Shown here piece after piece: positions 12,102 to 27,500 of a DNA stretch of 64,000 bases. The stretch comes from Bugula neritina (Eukaryota > Animalia > Bryozoa). Below the pieces are notes generated by a model that saw nothing but the letters and a program-made list of their open reading frames with translations, was not told where the DNA came from and made no database searches. The DNA is taken from assembly GCA_964035545.1 (NCBI GenBank), contig CAXIUT010000073.1, forward strand, positions 186,001 to 250,000, given 5' to 3'. Numbering within the stretch: the first letter of the stretch is position 1; each line of letters opens with the position of its first letter. The position numbers and the translations under genes are program-made.

Positions 12102-15100
12102 TCATCTGCAGCGCCATTTCACAGTGTTATATTTTGCTAGAGTAATAACTAATTTTAGATGCCTTTGCAAACATATGAGAAATAAATGAGTCATTTTATG
12201 AAAAGAGGTGTTTGCAGCAGTTGTCCACTTTTGATTTAGACGCGTCATGGAAACTTTTGTAGTTTTAAATAATATCTCCAAACTCATCACTTGCATGTGT
12301 TTATATACTTGATAAATTTTTTCATGCAAAACTTGATGCCTGCTTCAAAGACACCAGTGCTTAATTACTGTATTAACTGTATTGGCACGTTGCCATAAGA
12401 TATTCGGTAATATTTCGCATCACAACAAACTCTTCAGAAAGTTAAGAAAATCAGTCTAGAAAGTTACTGAAATAAACCTACCAGAGAGAGTAAGCCAGAT
12501 GTAACAAGTAGATCCAAAACAAGTTGATTAACAATTGAAGTTGAAATCTCCATGTAGTCAACACTTTAGTCCTAATGTCAAATGCAAACGTCTGCAACCA
12601 AACTGTGTAGACTTCATGGGCTGGTTAGCTGACAGGACTCATTAAAGTTCTTAACTGTTGTGTGTATAGTGATGCCCTTCTTGAACTAGAGGGGGCTGAC
12701 TGAAGACTGCTACTTTGTGAAAATTGACAATGCATATTATTATTATTCATTGTTGAGATTCACGACTGCCATAAACAATGATAAAATATTCATTGTTGGT
12801 ACTACTGAGTAGAATAAAATATATTATAATATTATTCTCTGGACAGATAAACAATATCAAATGCATATTATAACATTACCATAAATCTACGGCGCTTCAC
12901 ATCTTCACTTTTTTCTGCAATGTTATTTCTTTGCAGTTAGAAGTACTAGCTGAATATATGACTATGAAACATAACCCTTCAATTTCATTGCACCAGCACC
13001 GATTTCAATGTAGGTGTGTTGGGAGTTATCTTTCCTAAATTTTTGTTCTTGGCAATTATACGAAACAGACACAGGCTAATATTAGTTTTGTTATTTGCAA
13101 GAGTTTTTCTGTCTGATTGTCCATCAGCAAAAGTTTGCGCCTTCCCGTTATTATGGAAATTCCAGTGCTGCTGGAAGACCTTTGCATTGTACACCCGCCT
13201 TTACTATTGAATTTAGATGTTTTATTTTCCCATCCCCTCTCCTGCCCCCCTGTCCCCTCTAACAACCAGCAATCCTGACTCATGCGAAATGTGTTATTAA
13301 GTTTTAGAGTTGGACCATGGGCCTACAGTATACGATTTGAAGCTTTATAGTTTACAGGCAGTGGAGATGAGTCACTGCTGAAACCCATTTTATTAGTAGA
13401 CTATATTGCTCTTCAATCATCAGTTTTCATATTCAAAGAGAAAGCTCATCTGCAGCGCCATTTCACAGTGTTAAATTTTGCTAGAGTAAAAATTAATTTT
13501 AGATGCCTTTGCAAACATATGAGAAATAAATGAGTCATTTTATGAAAAGAGGTGTTTGCAGCAGTTGTCCACTTTTGATTTAGACGCGTCATGGAAACTT
13601 TTGTAGTTTTAAATAATATCTCCAAACTCATCACTTGCATGTGTTTATATACTTGATAAAGTTTTTCATGCAAAACTTGATGCCTGCTTCAAAGACACCA
13701 GTGCTTAAAACTGTGCTAACTGTATTGGCACGTTGCCATGAGATATTTGGTTATATTTAGCATCACAACATACTCTTCAGAAAGTTAAGAAAATCAGTCT
13801 ATAGAAAGTTAATGAAATAAACCTACCAGAGAGAGTAAGCCAGATGTAACAAGTAGATCCAAAACAAGTTGATTAACAATTGAAGTTGAATTCTCCATGT
13901 AGTGAATACTTTAGTCCTAATGTCAAATGCAAACGTCTGCAACCAAATTGTGTAGACTTCATGAGCTGGTTAGCTGACAGGACTCATTAAAGTTCTTAAC
14001 TGTTGTGTGTATAGTGATGCCCATCTTGAACTAGAGAGGGCTGACGGAAGACTGCTACTTTGTGAAAATTGACAATGCATATTATTATTATTCATTGTTG
14101 AGATTCACGACTGCCATAAACAATGATAAAATATTCATTGTTGGTACTACTGAGTAGAATAAAATATAATATAATATTATTCTCTGGACAGATAAACAAT
14201 ATCAAATGCATATTATAGCATTACCATAAATCTACGGCGCTTCACATCTTCACTTTTTTCTGCAATGTTATTTCTTTGCAGTTAGAAGTACTAGCTGAAT
14301 ATATGACTATGAAACATAACCCTTCAATTTCATTGCACCAGCACCGATTTCAATGTAGGTGTGTTGGGAGTTATCTTTCCTAAATTTTTGTTCTTGGCAA
14401 TTATACGAAACAGACACAGGCTAATATTAGTTTTGTTATTTGCAAGAGTTTTTCTGTCTGATTGTCCATCAGCAAAAGTTTGCGCCTTCCCGTTATTATG
14501 GAAATTTCAGTGCTGCTGGAAGACCTTTGCATTGTACACCCGCCTTTACTATTGAATTTAGATGTTTTATTTTCCCATCCCCTCTCCTGCCCCCCTGTCC
14601 CCTCTAACAACCAGCAATCCTGACTCATGCGAAATGTGTTATTAAGTTTTAGAGTTGGACCATGGGCCGACAGTATACGATTTGAAGCTTTATAGTTTAC
14701 AGGCAGTGGAGATGAGTCACTGCTGAAACCCATTTTATTAGTAGACTATATTGCTCTTCAATCATCAGTTTTCATATTCAAAAAGAAAGCTCATCTGCAG
14801 CGCCATTTCACAGTGTTATATTTTGCTAGAGTAATAACTAATTTTAGATGCCTTTGCAAACATATGAGAAATAAATGAGTCATTTTATGAAAAGAGGTGT
14901 TTGCAGCAGTTGTCCACTTTTGATTTAGACGCGTCATGGAAACTTTTGTAATTTTAAATAATATCTCCAAACTCATCACTTGCATGTGTTTATATACTTG
15001 ATAAAGTTTTTCATGCAAAACTTGATGCCTGCTTCAAAGACACCAGTGCTTAAAACTGTGTTAACTGTATTGGCACGTTGCCATGAGATATTTGGTTATA

Positions 15101-18100
15101 TTTAGCATCACAACATACTCTTCAGAAAGTTAAGAAAATCAGTCTATAGAAAGTTAATGAAATAAACCTACCAGAGAGAGTAAGCCAGATGTAACAAGTA
15201 GATCCAAAACAAGTTGATTAACAATTGAAGTTGAATTCTCCATGTAGTGAATACTTTAGTCCTAATGTCAAATGCAAACGTCTGCAACCAAATTGTGTAG
15301 ACTTCATGAGCTGGTTAGTTGACAGGACTCATTAAAGTTCTTAACTGTTGTGTGTATAGTGATGCCCATCTTGAACTAGAGAGGGCTGACTGAAGACTGC
15401 TACTTTGTGAAAATTGACAATGCATATTATTATTATTCATTGTTGAGATTCACGACTGCCATAAACAATGATAAAATATTCATTGTTGGTACTACTGAGT
15501 AGAATAAAATATAATATAATATTATTCTCTGGACAGATAAACAATATCAAATGCATAATATAACATTACCATAAATCTACGGCGCTTCACATCTTCACCT
15601 TTTTCTGCAATGTTATTTCTTTGCAGTTAGAAGTACTAGCTGAATATATGACTATGAAACATAACCCTTCAATTTCATTGCACCAGCACCGATTTCAATG
15701 TAGGTGTGTTGGGAGTTATCTTTCCTAAAGTTTTGTTCTTGGTGTTTATACGAAGCAGACACAGGCTAATATTAGTTTTGTTATTTGCAAGAGTTTTTCT
15801 GTCTGATTGTCCATCAGCAAAAGTTTGCGCCTTGCAGTTATTATGGAAATACCAGTGATGCTGGAAGACCTTTGCATTGTACACCCGCCTTTACTATTGA
15901 ATTTAGATGTTTTATTTTCCCATCCCCTCTCCTGCCCCCCTGTCCCCTCTAACAACCAGCAATCCTGACTCATGTGAAATGTGTTATTAAGTTTTAGAGT
16001 TGGACCATGGGCCTACAGTATACGATTTGAAGCTTTATAGTTTACAGGCAGTGGAGATGAGTCACTGCTGAAACCCATTTTATTAGTAGACTATATTGCT
16101 CTTCAATCATCAGTTTTCATATTCAAAGAGAAAGCTCATCTGCAGCGCCATTTCACAGTGTTATATTTTGCTAGAGTAATAACTAATTTTAGATGCCTTT
16201 GCAAACATATGAGAAATAAATGAGTCATTTTATGAAAAGAGGTGTTTGCAGCAGTTGTCCACTTTTGATTTAGACGCGTCATGGAAACTTTTGTAGTTTT
16301 AAATAATATCTCCAAACTCATCACTTGCATGTGTTTATATACTTGATAAATTTTTTCATGCAAAACTTGATGCCTGCTTCAAAGACACCAGTGCTTAATT
16401 ACTGTATTAACTGTATTGGCACGTTGCCATAAGATATTTGGTAATGTTTCGCATCACAACAAACTCTTCAGAAAGTTAAGAAAATCAGTCTAGAAAGTTA
16501 CTGAAATAAACCTACCAGAGAGAGTAAGCCAGATGTAACAAGTAGATCCAAAACAAGTTGATTAACAATTGAAGTTGAAATCTCCATGTAGTCAACACTT
16601 TAGTCCTAATGTCAAATGCAAACGTCTGCAACCAAACTGTGTAGACTTCATGGGCTGGTTAGCTGACAGGACTCATTAAAGTTCTTAACTGTTGTGTGTA
16701 TAGTGATGCCCTTCTTGAACTAGAGGGGGCTGACTGAAGACTGCTACTTTGTGAAAATTGACAATGCATATTATTATTATTCATTGTTGAGATTCACGAC
16801 TGCCATAAACAATGATAAAATATTCATTGTTGGTACTACTGAGTAGAATAAAATATATTATAATATTATTCTCTGGACAGATAAACAATATCAAATGCAT
16901 ATTATAACATTACCATAAATCTACGGCGCTTCACATCTTCACTTTTTTCTGCAATGTTATTTCTTTGCAGTTAGAAGTACTAGCTGAATATATGACTATG
17001 AAACATAACCCTTCAATTTCATTGCACCAGCACCGATTTCAATGTAGGTGTGTTGGGAGTTATCTTTCCTAAATTTTTGTTCTTGGCAATTATACGAAAC
17101 AGACACAGGCTAATATTAGTTTTGTTATTTGCAAGAGTTTTTCTGTCTGATTGTCCATCAGCAAAAGTTTGCGCCTTCCCGTTATTATGGAAATTCCAGT
17201 GCTGCTGGAAGACCTTTGCATTGTACACCCGCCTTTACTATTGAATTTAGATGTTTTATTTTCCCATCCCCTCTCCTGCCCCCCTGTCCCCTCTAACAAC
17301 CAGCAATCCTGACTCATGCGAAATGTGTTATTAAGTTTTAGAGTTGGACCATGGGCCTACAGTATACGATTTGAAGCTTTATAGTTTACAGGCAGTGGAG
17401 ATGAGTCACTGCTGAAACCCATTTTATTAGTAGACTATATTGCTCTTCAATCATCAGTTTTCATATTCAAAGAGAAAGCTCATCTGCAGCGCCATTTCAC
17501 AGTGTTAAATTTTGCTAGAGTAAAAATTAATTTTAGATGCCTTTGCAAACATATGAGAAATAAATGAGTCATTTTATGAAAAGAGGTGTTTGCAGCAGTT
17601 GTCCACTTTTGATTTAGACGCGTCATGGAAACTTTTGTAGTTTTAAATAATATCTCCAAACTCATCACTTGCATGTGTTTATATACTTGATAAAGTTTTT
17701 CATGCAAAACTTGATGCCTGCTTCAAAGACACCAGTGCTTAAAACTGTGCTAACTGTATTGGCACGTTGCCATGAGATATTTGGTTATATTTAGCATCAC
17801 AACATACTCTTCAGAAAGTTAAGAAAATCAGTCTATAGAAAGTTAATGAAATAAACCTACCAGAGAGAGTTAGCCAGATGTAACAAGTAGATCCAAAACA
17901 AGTTGATTAACAATTGAAGTTGAATTCTCCATGTAGTGAATACTTTAGTCCTAATGTCAAATGCAAACGTCTGCAACCAAATTGTGTAGACTTCATGAGC
18001 TGGTTAGCTGACAGGACTCATTAAAGTTCTTAACTGTTGTGTGTATAGTGATGCCCATCTTGAACTAGAGAGGGCTGACGGAAGACTGCTACTTTGTGAA

Positions 18101-20169
18101 AATTGACAATGCATATTATTATTATTCATTGTTGAGATTCACGACTGCCATAAACAATGATAAAATATTCATTGTTGGTACTACTGAGTAGAATAAAATA
18201 TAATATAATATTATTCTCTGGACAGATAAACAATATCAAATGCATATTATAGCATTACCATAAATCTACGGCGCTTCACATCTTCACTTTTTTCTGCAAT
18301 GTTATTTCTTTGCAGTTAGAAGTACTAGCTGAATATATGACTATGAAACATAACCCTTCAATTTCATTGCACCAGCACCGATTTCAATGTAGGTGTGTTG
18401 GGAGTTATCTTTCCTAAATTTTTGTTCTTGGCAATTATACGAAACAGACACAGGCTAATATTAGTTTTGTTATTTGCAAGAGTTTTTCTGTCTGATTGTC
18501 CATCAGCAAAAGTTTGCGCCTTCCCGTTATTATGGAAATTTCAGTGCTGCTGGAAGACCTTTGCATTGTACACCCGCCTTTACTATTGAATTTAGATGTT
18601 TTATTTTCCCATCCCCTCTCCTGCCCCCCTGTCCCCTCTAACAACCAGCAATCCTGACTCATGCGAAATGTGTTATTAAGTTTTAGAGTTGGACCATGGG
18701 CCGACAGTATACGATTTGAAGCTTTATAGTTTACAGGCAGTGGAGATGAGTCACTGCTGAAACCCATTTTATTAGTAGACTATATTGCTCTTCAATCATC
18801 AGTTTTCATATTCAAAAAGAAAGCTCATCTGCAGCGCCATTTCACAGTGTTATATTTTGCTAGAGTAATAACTAATTTTAGATGCCTTTGCAAACATATG
18901 AGAAATAAATGAGTCATTTTATGAAAAGAGGTGTTTGCAGCAGTTGTCCACTTTTGATTTAGACGCGTCATGGAAACTTTTGTAATTTTAAATAATATCT
19001 CCAAACTCATCACTTGCATGTGTTTATATACTTGATAAAGTTTTTCATGCAAAACTTGATGCCTGCTTCAAAGACACCAGTGCTTAAAACTGTGTTAACT
19101 GTATTGGCACGTTGCCATGAGATATTTGGTTATATTTAGCATCACAACATACTCTTCAGAAAGTTAAGAAAATCAGTCTATAGAAAGTTAATGAAATAAA
19201 CCTACCAGAGAGAGTAAGCCAGATGTAACAAGTAGATCCAAAACAAGTTGATTAACAATTGAAGTTGAATTCTCCATGTAGTGAATACTTTAGTCCTAAT
19301 GTCAAATGCAAACGTCTGCAACCAAATTGTGTAGACTTCATGAGCTGGTTAGTTGACAGGACTCATTAAAGTTCTTAACTGTTGTGTGTATAGTGATGCC
19401 CATCTTGAACTAGAGAGGGCTGACTGAAGACTGCTACTTTGTGAAAATTGACAATGCATATTATTATTATTCATTGTTGAGATTCACGACTGCCATAAAC
19501 AATGATAAAATATTCATTGTTGGTACTACTGAGTAGAATAAAATATAATATAATATTATTCTCTGGACAGATAAACAATATCAAATGCATAATATAACAT
19601 TACCATAAATCTACGGCGCTTCACATCTTCACCTTTTTCTGCAATGTTATTTCTTTGCAGTTAGAAGTACTAGCTGAATATATGACTATGAAACATAACC
19701 CTTCAATTTCATTGCACCAGCACCGATTTCAATATAGGTGTGTTGGGAGTTATCTTTCCTAAAGTTTTGTTCTTGGTGTTTATACGAAGCAGACACAGGC
19801 TAATATTAGTTTTGTTATTTGCAAGAGTTTTTCTGTCTGATTGTCCATCAGCAAAAGTTTGCGCCTTGCAGTTATTATGGAAATACCAGTGATGCTGGAA
19901 GACCTTTGCATTGTACACCCGCCTTTACTATTGAATTTAGATGTTTTATTTTCCCATCCCCTCTCCTGCCCCCCTGTCCCCTCTAACAACCAGCAATCCT
20001 GACTCATGTGAAATGTGTTATTAAGTTTTAGAGTTGGACCATGGGCCTACAGTATACGATTTGAAGCTTTATAGTTTACAGGCAGTGGAGATGAGTCACT
20101 GCTGAAACCCATTTTATTAGTAGACTATATTGCTCTTCAATCATCAGTTTTCATATTCAAAGAGAAAGC
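12102..20169. repeat. 3-monomer higher-order repeat (4034 bp x2; units 10-12 duplicated as 13-15)
   Basis: Variants are shared at +4034: CTAGAGGGGGCTG (units 10/13), CTGTGCTAACTG and TATTATAGCA (11/14), GGTTAGTTGACAG and TTGTAATTTT (12/15). Confidence 0.9.
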
Positions 20170-21513
20170 TCATCTGCAGCGCCATTTCACAGTGTTATAT
20201 TTTGCTAGAGTAATAACTAATTTTAGATGCCTTTGCAAACATATGAGAAATAAATGAGTCATTTTATGAAAAGAGGTGTTTGCAGCAGTTGTCCACTTTT
20301 GATTTAGACGCGTCATGGAAACTTTTGTAGTTTTAAATAATATCTCCAAACTCATCACTTGCATGTGTTTATATACTTGATAAATTTTTTCATGCAAAAC
20401 TTGATGCCTGCTTCAAAGACACCAGTGCTTAATTACTGTAATAACTGTATTGGCACGTTGCCATAAGATATTTGGTAATATTTCGCATCACAACAAACTC
20501 TTCAGAAAGTTAAGAAAATCAGTCTAGAAAGTTACTGAAATAAACCTACCAGAGAGAGTAAGCCAGATGTAACAAGTAGATCCAAAACAAGTTGATTAAC
20601 AATTGAAGTTGAAATCTCCATGTAGTGAATACTTTAGTCCTAATGTCAAATGCAAACGTCTGCAACCAAATTGTGTAGACTTCATGAGCTGGTTAGCTGA
20701 CAGGACTCATTAAAGTTCTTAACTCTTGTGTGTATAGTGATGCCCATCTTGAACTAGAGAGGGCTGACTGAAGACTGCTACTTTGTGAAAATTGACAATG
20801 CATATTATTATTATTCATTGTTGAGATTCACGACTGCCATAAACAATGATAAAATATTCATTGTTGGTACTACTGAGTAGAATAAAATATAATATAATAT
20901 TATTCTCTGGACAGATAAACAATATCAAATGCATAATATAACATTACCATAAATCTACGGCGCTTCACATCTTCACCCTTTTCTGCAATGTTATTTCTTT
21001 GCAGTTAGAAGTACTAGCTGAATATATGACTATGAAACATAACCCTTCAATTTCATTGCACCAGCACCGATTTCAATATAGGTGTGTTGGGAGTTATCTT
21101 TCCTAAAGTTTTGTTCTTGGTGTTTATACGAAGCAGACACAGGCTAATATTAGTTTTGTTATTTGCAAGAGTTTTTCTGTCTGATTGTCCATCAGCAAAA
21201 GTTTGCGCCTTGCTGTTATTATGGAAATACCAGTGATGCTGGAAGACCTTTGCATTGTACACCCGCCTTTACTATTGAATTTAGATGTTTTATTTTCCCA
21301 TCCCCTCTCCTGCCCCCCTGTCCCCTCTAACAACCAGCAATCCTGACTCATGTGAAATGTGTTATTAAGTTTTAGAGTTGGACCATGGGCCTACAGTATA
21401 CGATTTGAAGCTTTATAGTTTACAGGCAGTGGAGATGAGTCACTGCTGAAACCCATTTTATTAGTAGACTATATTGCTCTTCAATCATCAGTTTGCATAT
21501 TAAAACAGAAAGC

Positions 21514-24500
21514 TCATCTGCAGCGCCATTTCACAGTGTTAAATTTTGCTAGAGTAAAAATTAATTTTAGATGCCTTTGCAAACATATGAGAAATAAATG
21601 AGTCATTTTATGAAAAGAGGTGTTTGCAGCAGTTGTCCACTTTTGATTTAGACGCGTCATGGAAACTTTTGTAGTTTTAAATAATATCTCCAAACTCATC
21701 ACTTGCATGTGTTTATATACTTGATAAAGTTTTTCATGCAAAACTTGATGCCTGCTTCAAAGACACCAGTGCTTAAAACTGTGTTAACTGTATTGGCACG
21801 TTGCCATGAGATATTTGGTTATATTTAGCATCACAACATACTCTTCAGAAAGTTAAGAAAATCAGTCTATAGAAAGGTAATGAAATAAACCTACCAGAGA
21901 GAGTAAGCCAGATGTAACAAGTAGATCCAAAACAAGTTGATTAACAATTGAAGTTGAATTCTCCATGTAGTGAATACTTTAGTCCTAATGTCAAATGCAA
22001 ACGTCTGCAACCAAATTGTGTAGACTTCATGAGCTGGTTAGCTGACAGGACTCATTAAAGTTCTTAACTGTTGTGTGTATAGTGATGCCCATCTTGAACT
22101 AGAGAGGGCTGACGGAAGACTGCTACTTTGTGAAAATTGACAATGCATATTATTATTATTCATTGTTGAGATTCACGACTGCCATAAACAATGATAAAAT
22201 ATTCATTGTTGGTACTACTGAGTAGAATAAAATATAATATAATATTATTCTCTGGACAGATAAACAATATCAAATGCATATTATAACATTACCATAAATC
22301 TACGGCGCTTCACATCTTCACTTTTTTCTGCAATGTTATTTCTTTGCAGTTAGAAGTACTAGCTGAATATATGACTATGAAACATAACCCTTCAATTTCA
22401 TTGCACCAGCACCGATTTCAATGTAGGTGTGTTGGGAGTTATCTTTCCTAAAGTTTTGTTCTTGGTGTTTATTCGAAGCAGACACAGGCTAATATTAGTT
22501 TTGTTATTTGCAAGAGTTTTTCTGTCTGATTGTCCATCAGCAAAAGTTTGCGCCTTGCAGTTATTATGGAAATACCAGTGATGCTGGAAGACCTTTGCAT
22601 TGTACACCCGCCTTTACTATTGAATTTAGATGTTTTATTTTCCCATCCCCTCTCCTGCCCCCCTGTCCCCTCTAACAACCAGCAATCCTGACTCATGTGA
22701 AATGTGTTATTAAGTTTTAGAGTTGGACCATGGGCCTACAGTATACGATTTGAAGCTTTATAGTTTACAGGCAGTGGAGATGAGTCACTGCTGAAACCCA
22801 TTTTATTAGTAGACTATATTGCTCTTCAATCATCAGTTTGCATATTAAAACAGAAAGCTCATCTGCAGCGCCATTTCACAGTGTTAAATTTTGCTAGAGT
22901 AAAAATTAATTTTAGATGTCTTTGCAAACATATGAGAAATAAATGAGTCATTTTATGAAAAGAGGTGTTTGCAGCAGTTGTCCACTTTTGATTTAGACGC
23001 GTCATGGAAACTTTTGTAATTTTAAATAATATCTCCAAACTCATCACTTGCATGTGTTTATATACTTGATAAAGTTTTTCATGCAAAACTTGATGCCTGC
23101 TTCAAAGACACCAGTGCTTAAATACTGTGTTAACTGTATTGGCACGTTGCCATGAGATATTTGGTAATATTTAGCATCACAACATACTCTTCAGAAAGTT
23201 AAGAAAATCAGTCTATAGAAAGTTAATGAAATAAACCTACCAGAGAGAGTAAGCCAGATGTAACAAGTAGATCCAAAACAAGTTGATTAACAATTGAAGT
23301 TGAATTCTCCATGTAGTGAATACTTTAGTCCTAATGTCAAATGCAAACGTCTGCAACCAAATTGTGTAGACTTCATGAGCTGGTTAGCTGACAGGACTCA
23401 TTAAAGTTCTTAACTGTTGTGTGTATAGTGATGCCCATCTTGAACTAGAGAGGGCTGACGGAAGACTGCTACTTTGTGAAAATTGACAATGCATATTATT
23501 ATTATTCATTGTTGAGATTCACGACTGCCATAAACAATGATAAAATATTCATTGTTGGTACTACTGAGTAGAATAAAATATAATATAATATTATTCTCTG
23601 GACAGATAAACAATATCAAATGCATAATATAACATTACCATAAATCTACGGCGCTTCACATCTTCACCTTTTTCTGCAATGTTATTTCTTTGCAGTTAGA
23701 AGTACTAGCTGAATATATGACTATGAAACATAACCCTTCAATTTCATTGCACCAGCACCGATTTCAATATAGGTGTGTTGGGAGTTATCTTTCCTGAAGT
23801 TTTGTTCTTGGTGTTTATTCGAAGCAGACACAGGCTAATATTAGTTTTGTTATTTGCAAGAGTTTTTCTGTCTGATTGTCCATCAGCAAAAGTTTGCGCC
23901 TTGCAGTTATTATGGAAATACCAGTGATGCTGGAAGACCTTTGCATTGTACACCCGCCTTTACTATTGAATTTAGATGTTTTATTTTCCCATCCGCTCTC
24001 CTGCCCCCCTGTCCCCTCTAACAACCAGCAATCCTGACTCATGTGAAATGTGTTATTAAGTTTTAGAGTTGGACCATGGGCCGACAGTATACGATTTGAA
24101 GCTTTATAGTTTACAGGCAGTGGAGATGAGTCACTGCTGAAACCCATTTTATTAGTAGACTATATTGCTCTTCAATCATCAGTTTTCATATTCAAAAAGA
24201 AAGCTCATCTGCAGCGCCATTTCACAGTGTTATATTTTGCTAGAGTAATAACTAATTTTAGATGCCTTTGCAAACATATGAGAAATAAATGAGTCATTTT
24301 ATGAAAAGAGGTGTTTGCAGCAGTTGTCCACTTTTGATTTAGACGCGTCATGGAAACTTTTGTAGTTTTAAATAATATCTCCAAACTCATCACTTGCATG
24401 TGTTTATATACTTGATAAAGTTTTTCATGCAAAACTTGATGCCTGCTTCAAAGACACCAGTGCTTAATTACTGTGTTAACTGTATTGGCACGTTGCCATA

Positions 24501-27500
24501 AGATATTTGGTAATATTTCGCATCACAACAAACTCTTCAGAAAGTTAAGAAAATCAGTCTAGAAAGTTACTGAAATAAACCTACCAGAGAGAGTAAGCCA
24601 GATGTAACAAGTAGATCCAAAACAAGTTGATTAACAATTGAAGTTGAAATCTCCATGTAGTCAACACTTTAGTCCTAATGTCAAATGCAAACGTCTGCAA
24701 CCAAACTATGTAGACTTCATGGGCTGGTTAGCTGACAGGACTCATTAAAGTTCTTAACTGTTGTGTGTATAGTGATGCCCTTCTTGAACTAGAGAGGGCT
24801 GACTGAAGACTGCTACTTTGTGAAAATTGACAATGCATATTATTATTATTCATTGTTGAGATTCACGACTGCCATAAACAATGATAAAATATTCATTGTT
24901 GGTACTACTGAGTAGAATAAAATATAATATAATATTATTCTCTGGACAGATAAACAATATCAAATGCATAATATAACATTACCATAAATCTACGGCGCTT
25001 CACATCTTCACCTTTTTCTGCAATGTTATTTCTTTGCAGTTAGAAGTACTAGCTGAATATATGACTATGAAACATAACCCTTCAATTTCATTGCACCAGC
25101 ACCGATTTCAATATAGGTGTGTTGGGAGTTATCTTTCCTAAAGTTTTGTTCTTGGTGTTTATACGAAGCAGACACAGGCTAATATTAGTTTTGTTATTTG
25201 CAAGAGTTTTTCTGTCTGATTGTCCATCAGCAAAAGTTTGCGCCTTGCAGTTATTATGGAAATACCAGTGATGCTGGAAGACCTTTGCATTGTACACCCG
25301 CCTTTACTATTGAATTTAGATGTTTTATTTTCCCATCCCCTCTCCTGCCCCCCTGTCCCCTCTAACAACCAGCAATCCTGACTCATGTGAAATGTGTTAT
25401 TGTTTTAGAGTTGGACCATGGGCCTACAGTATACGATTTGAAGCTTTATTGTTTACAGGCAGTCGAGATGAGTCACTGCTGAAACCCATTTTATTAGTAG
25501 ACTATATTGCTCTTCAATCATCAGTTTGCATATTAAAACAGAAAGCTCATCTGCAGCGCCATTTCACAGTGTTAAATTTTGCTAGAGTAAAAATTAATTT
25601 TAGATGCCTTTGCAAACATATGAGAAATAAATGAGTCATTTTATGAAAAGAGGTGTTTGCAGCAGTTGTCCACTTTTGATTTAGACGCGTCATGGAAACT
25701 TTTGTAGTTTTAAATAATATCTCCAAACTCATCACTTGCATGTGTTTATATACTTGATAAAGTTTTTCATGCAAAACTTGATGCCTGCTTCAAAGACACC
25801 AGTGCTTAAAACTGTGTTAACTGTATTGGCACGTTGCCATGAGATATTTGGTTATATTTAGCATCACAACATACTCTTCAGAAAGTTAAGAAAATCAGTC
25901 TATAGAAAGGTAATGAAATAAACCTACCAGAGAGAGTAAGCCAGATGTAACAAGTAGATCCAAAACAAGTTGATTAACAATTGAAGTTGAATTCTCCATG
26001 TAGTGAATACTTTAGTCCTAATGTCAAATGCAAACGTCTGCAACCAAATTGTGTAGACTTCATGAGCTGGTTAGCTGACAGGACTCATTAAAGTTCTTAA
26101 CTGTTGTGTGTATAGTGATGCCCATCTTGAACTAGAGAGGGCTGACGGAAGACTGCTACTTTGTGAAAATTGACAATGCATATTATTATTATTCATTGTT
26201 GAGATTCACGACTGCCATAAACAATGATAAAATATTCATTGTTGGTGCTACTGAGTAGAATAAAATATAATATAATATTATTCTCTGGACAGATAAACAA
26301 TATCAAATGCATATTATAACATTACCATAAATCTACGGCGCTTGACATCTTCACTTTTTTCTGCAATGTTATTTCTTTGCAGTTAGAAGTACTAGCTGAA
26401 TATATGACTATGAAACATAACCCTTCAATTTCATTGCACCAGCACCGATTTCAATGTAGGTGTGTTGGGAGTTATCTTTCCTAAAGTTTTGTTCTTGGTG
26501 TTTATTCGAAGCAGACACAGGCTAATATTAGTTTTGTTATTTGCAAGAGTTTTTCTGTCTGATTGTCCATCAGCAAAAGTTTGCGCCTTGCAGTTATTAT
26601 GGAAATACCAGTGATGCTGGAAGACCTTTGCATTGTACACCCGCCTTTACTATTGAATTTAGATGTTTTATTTTCCCATCCCCTCTCCTGCCCCCCTGTC
26701 CCCTCTAACAACCAGCAATCCTGACTCATGTGAAATGTGTTATTAAGTTTTAGAGTTGGACCATGGGCCTACAGTATACGATTTGAAGCTTTATAGTTTA
26801 CAGGCAGTGGAGATGAGTCACTGCTGAAACCCATTTTATTAGTAGACTATATTGCTCTTCAATCATCAGTTTGCATATTAAAACAGAAAGCTCATCTGCA
26901 GCGCCATTTCACAGTGTTAAATTTTGCTAGAGTAAAAATTAATTTTAGATGTCTTTGCAAACATATGAGAAATAAATGAGTCATTTTATGAAAAGAGGGG
27001 TTTGCAGCAGTTGTCCACTTTTGATTTAGACGCGTCATGGAAACTTTTGTAATTTTAAATAATATCTCCAAACTCATCACTTGCATGTGTTTATATACTT
27101 GATAAAGTTTTTCATGCAAAACTTGATGCCTGCTTCAAAGACACCAGTGCTTAAATACTGTGTTAACTGTATTGGCACGTTGCCATGAGATATTTGGTAA
27201 TATTTAGCATCACAACATACTCTTCAGAAAGTTAAGAAAATCAGTCTATAGAAAGTTAATGAAATAAACCTACCAGAGAGAGTAAGCCAGATGTAACAAG
27301 TAGATCCAAAACAAGTTGATTAACAATTGAAGTTGAATTCTCCATGTAGTGAATACTTTAGTCCTAATGTCAAATGCAAACGTCTGCAACCAAATTGTGT
27401 AGACTTCATGAGCTGGTTAGCTGACAGGACTCATTAAAGTTCTTAACTGTTGTGTGTATAGTGATGCCCATCTTGAACTAGAGAGGGCTGACGGAAGACT

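Noticed and set aside
25320-25634. Unique 104-aa plus-strand ORF
   Set aside because: It is created in a single copy by a 2-bp deletion plus a stop-removing SNP, so it is chance read-through.
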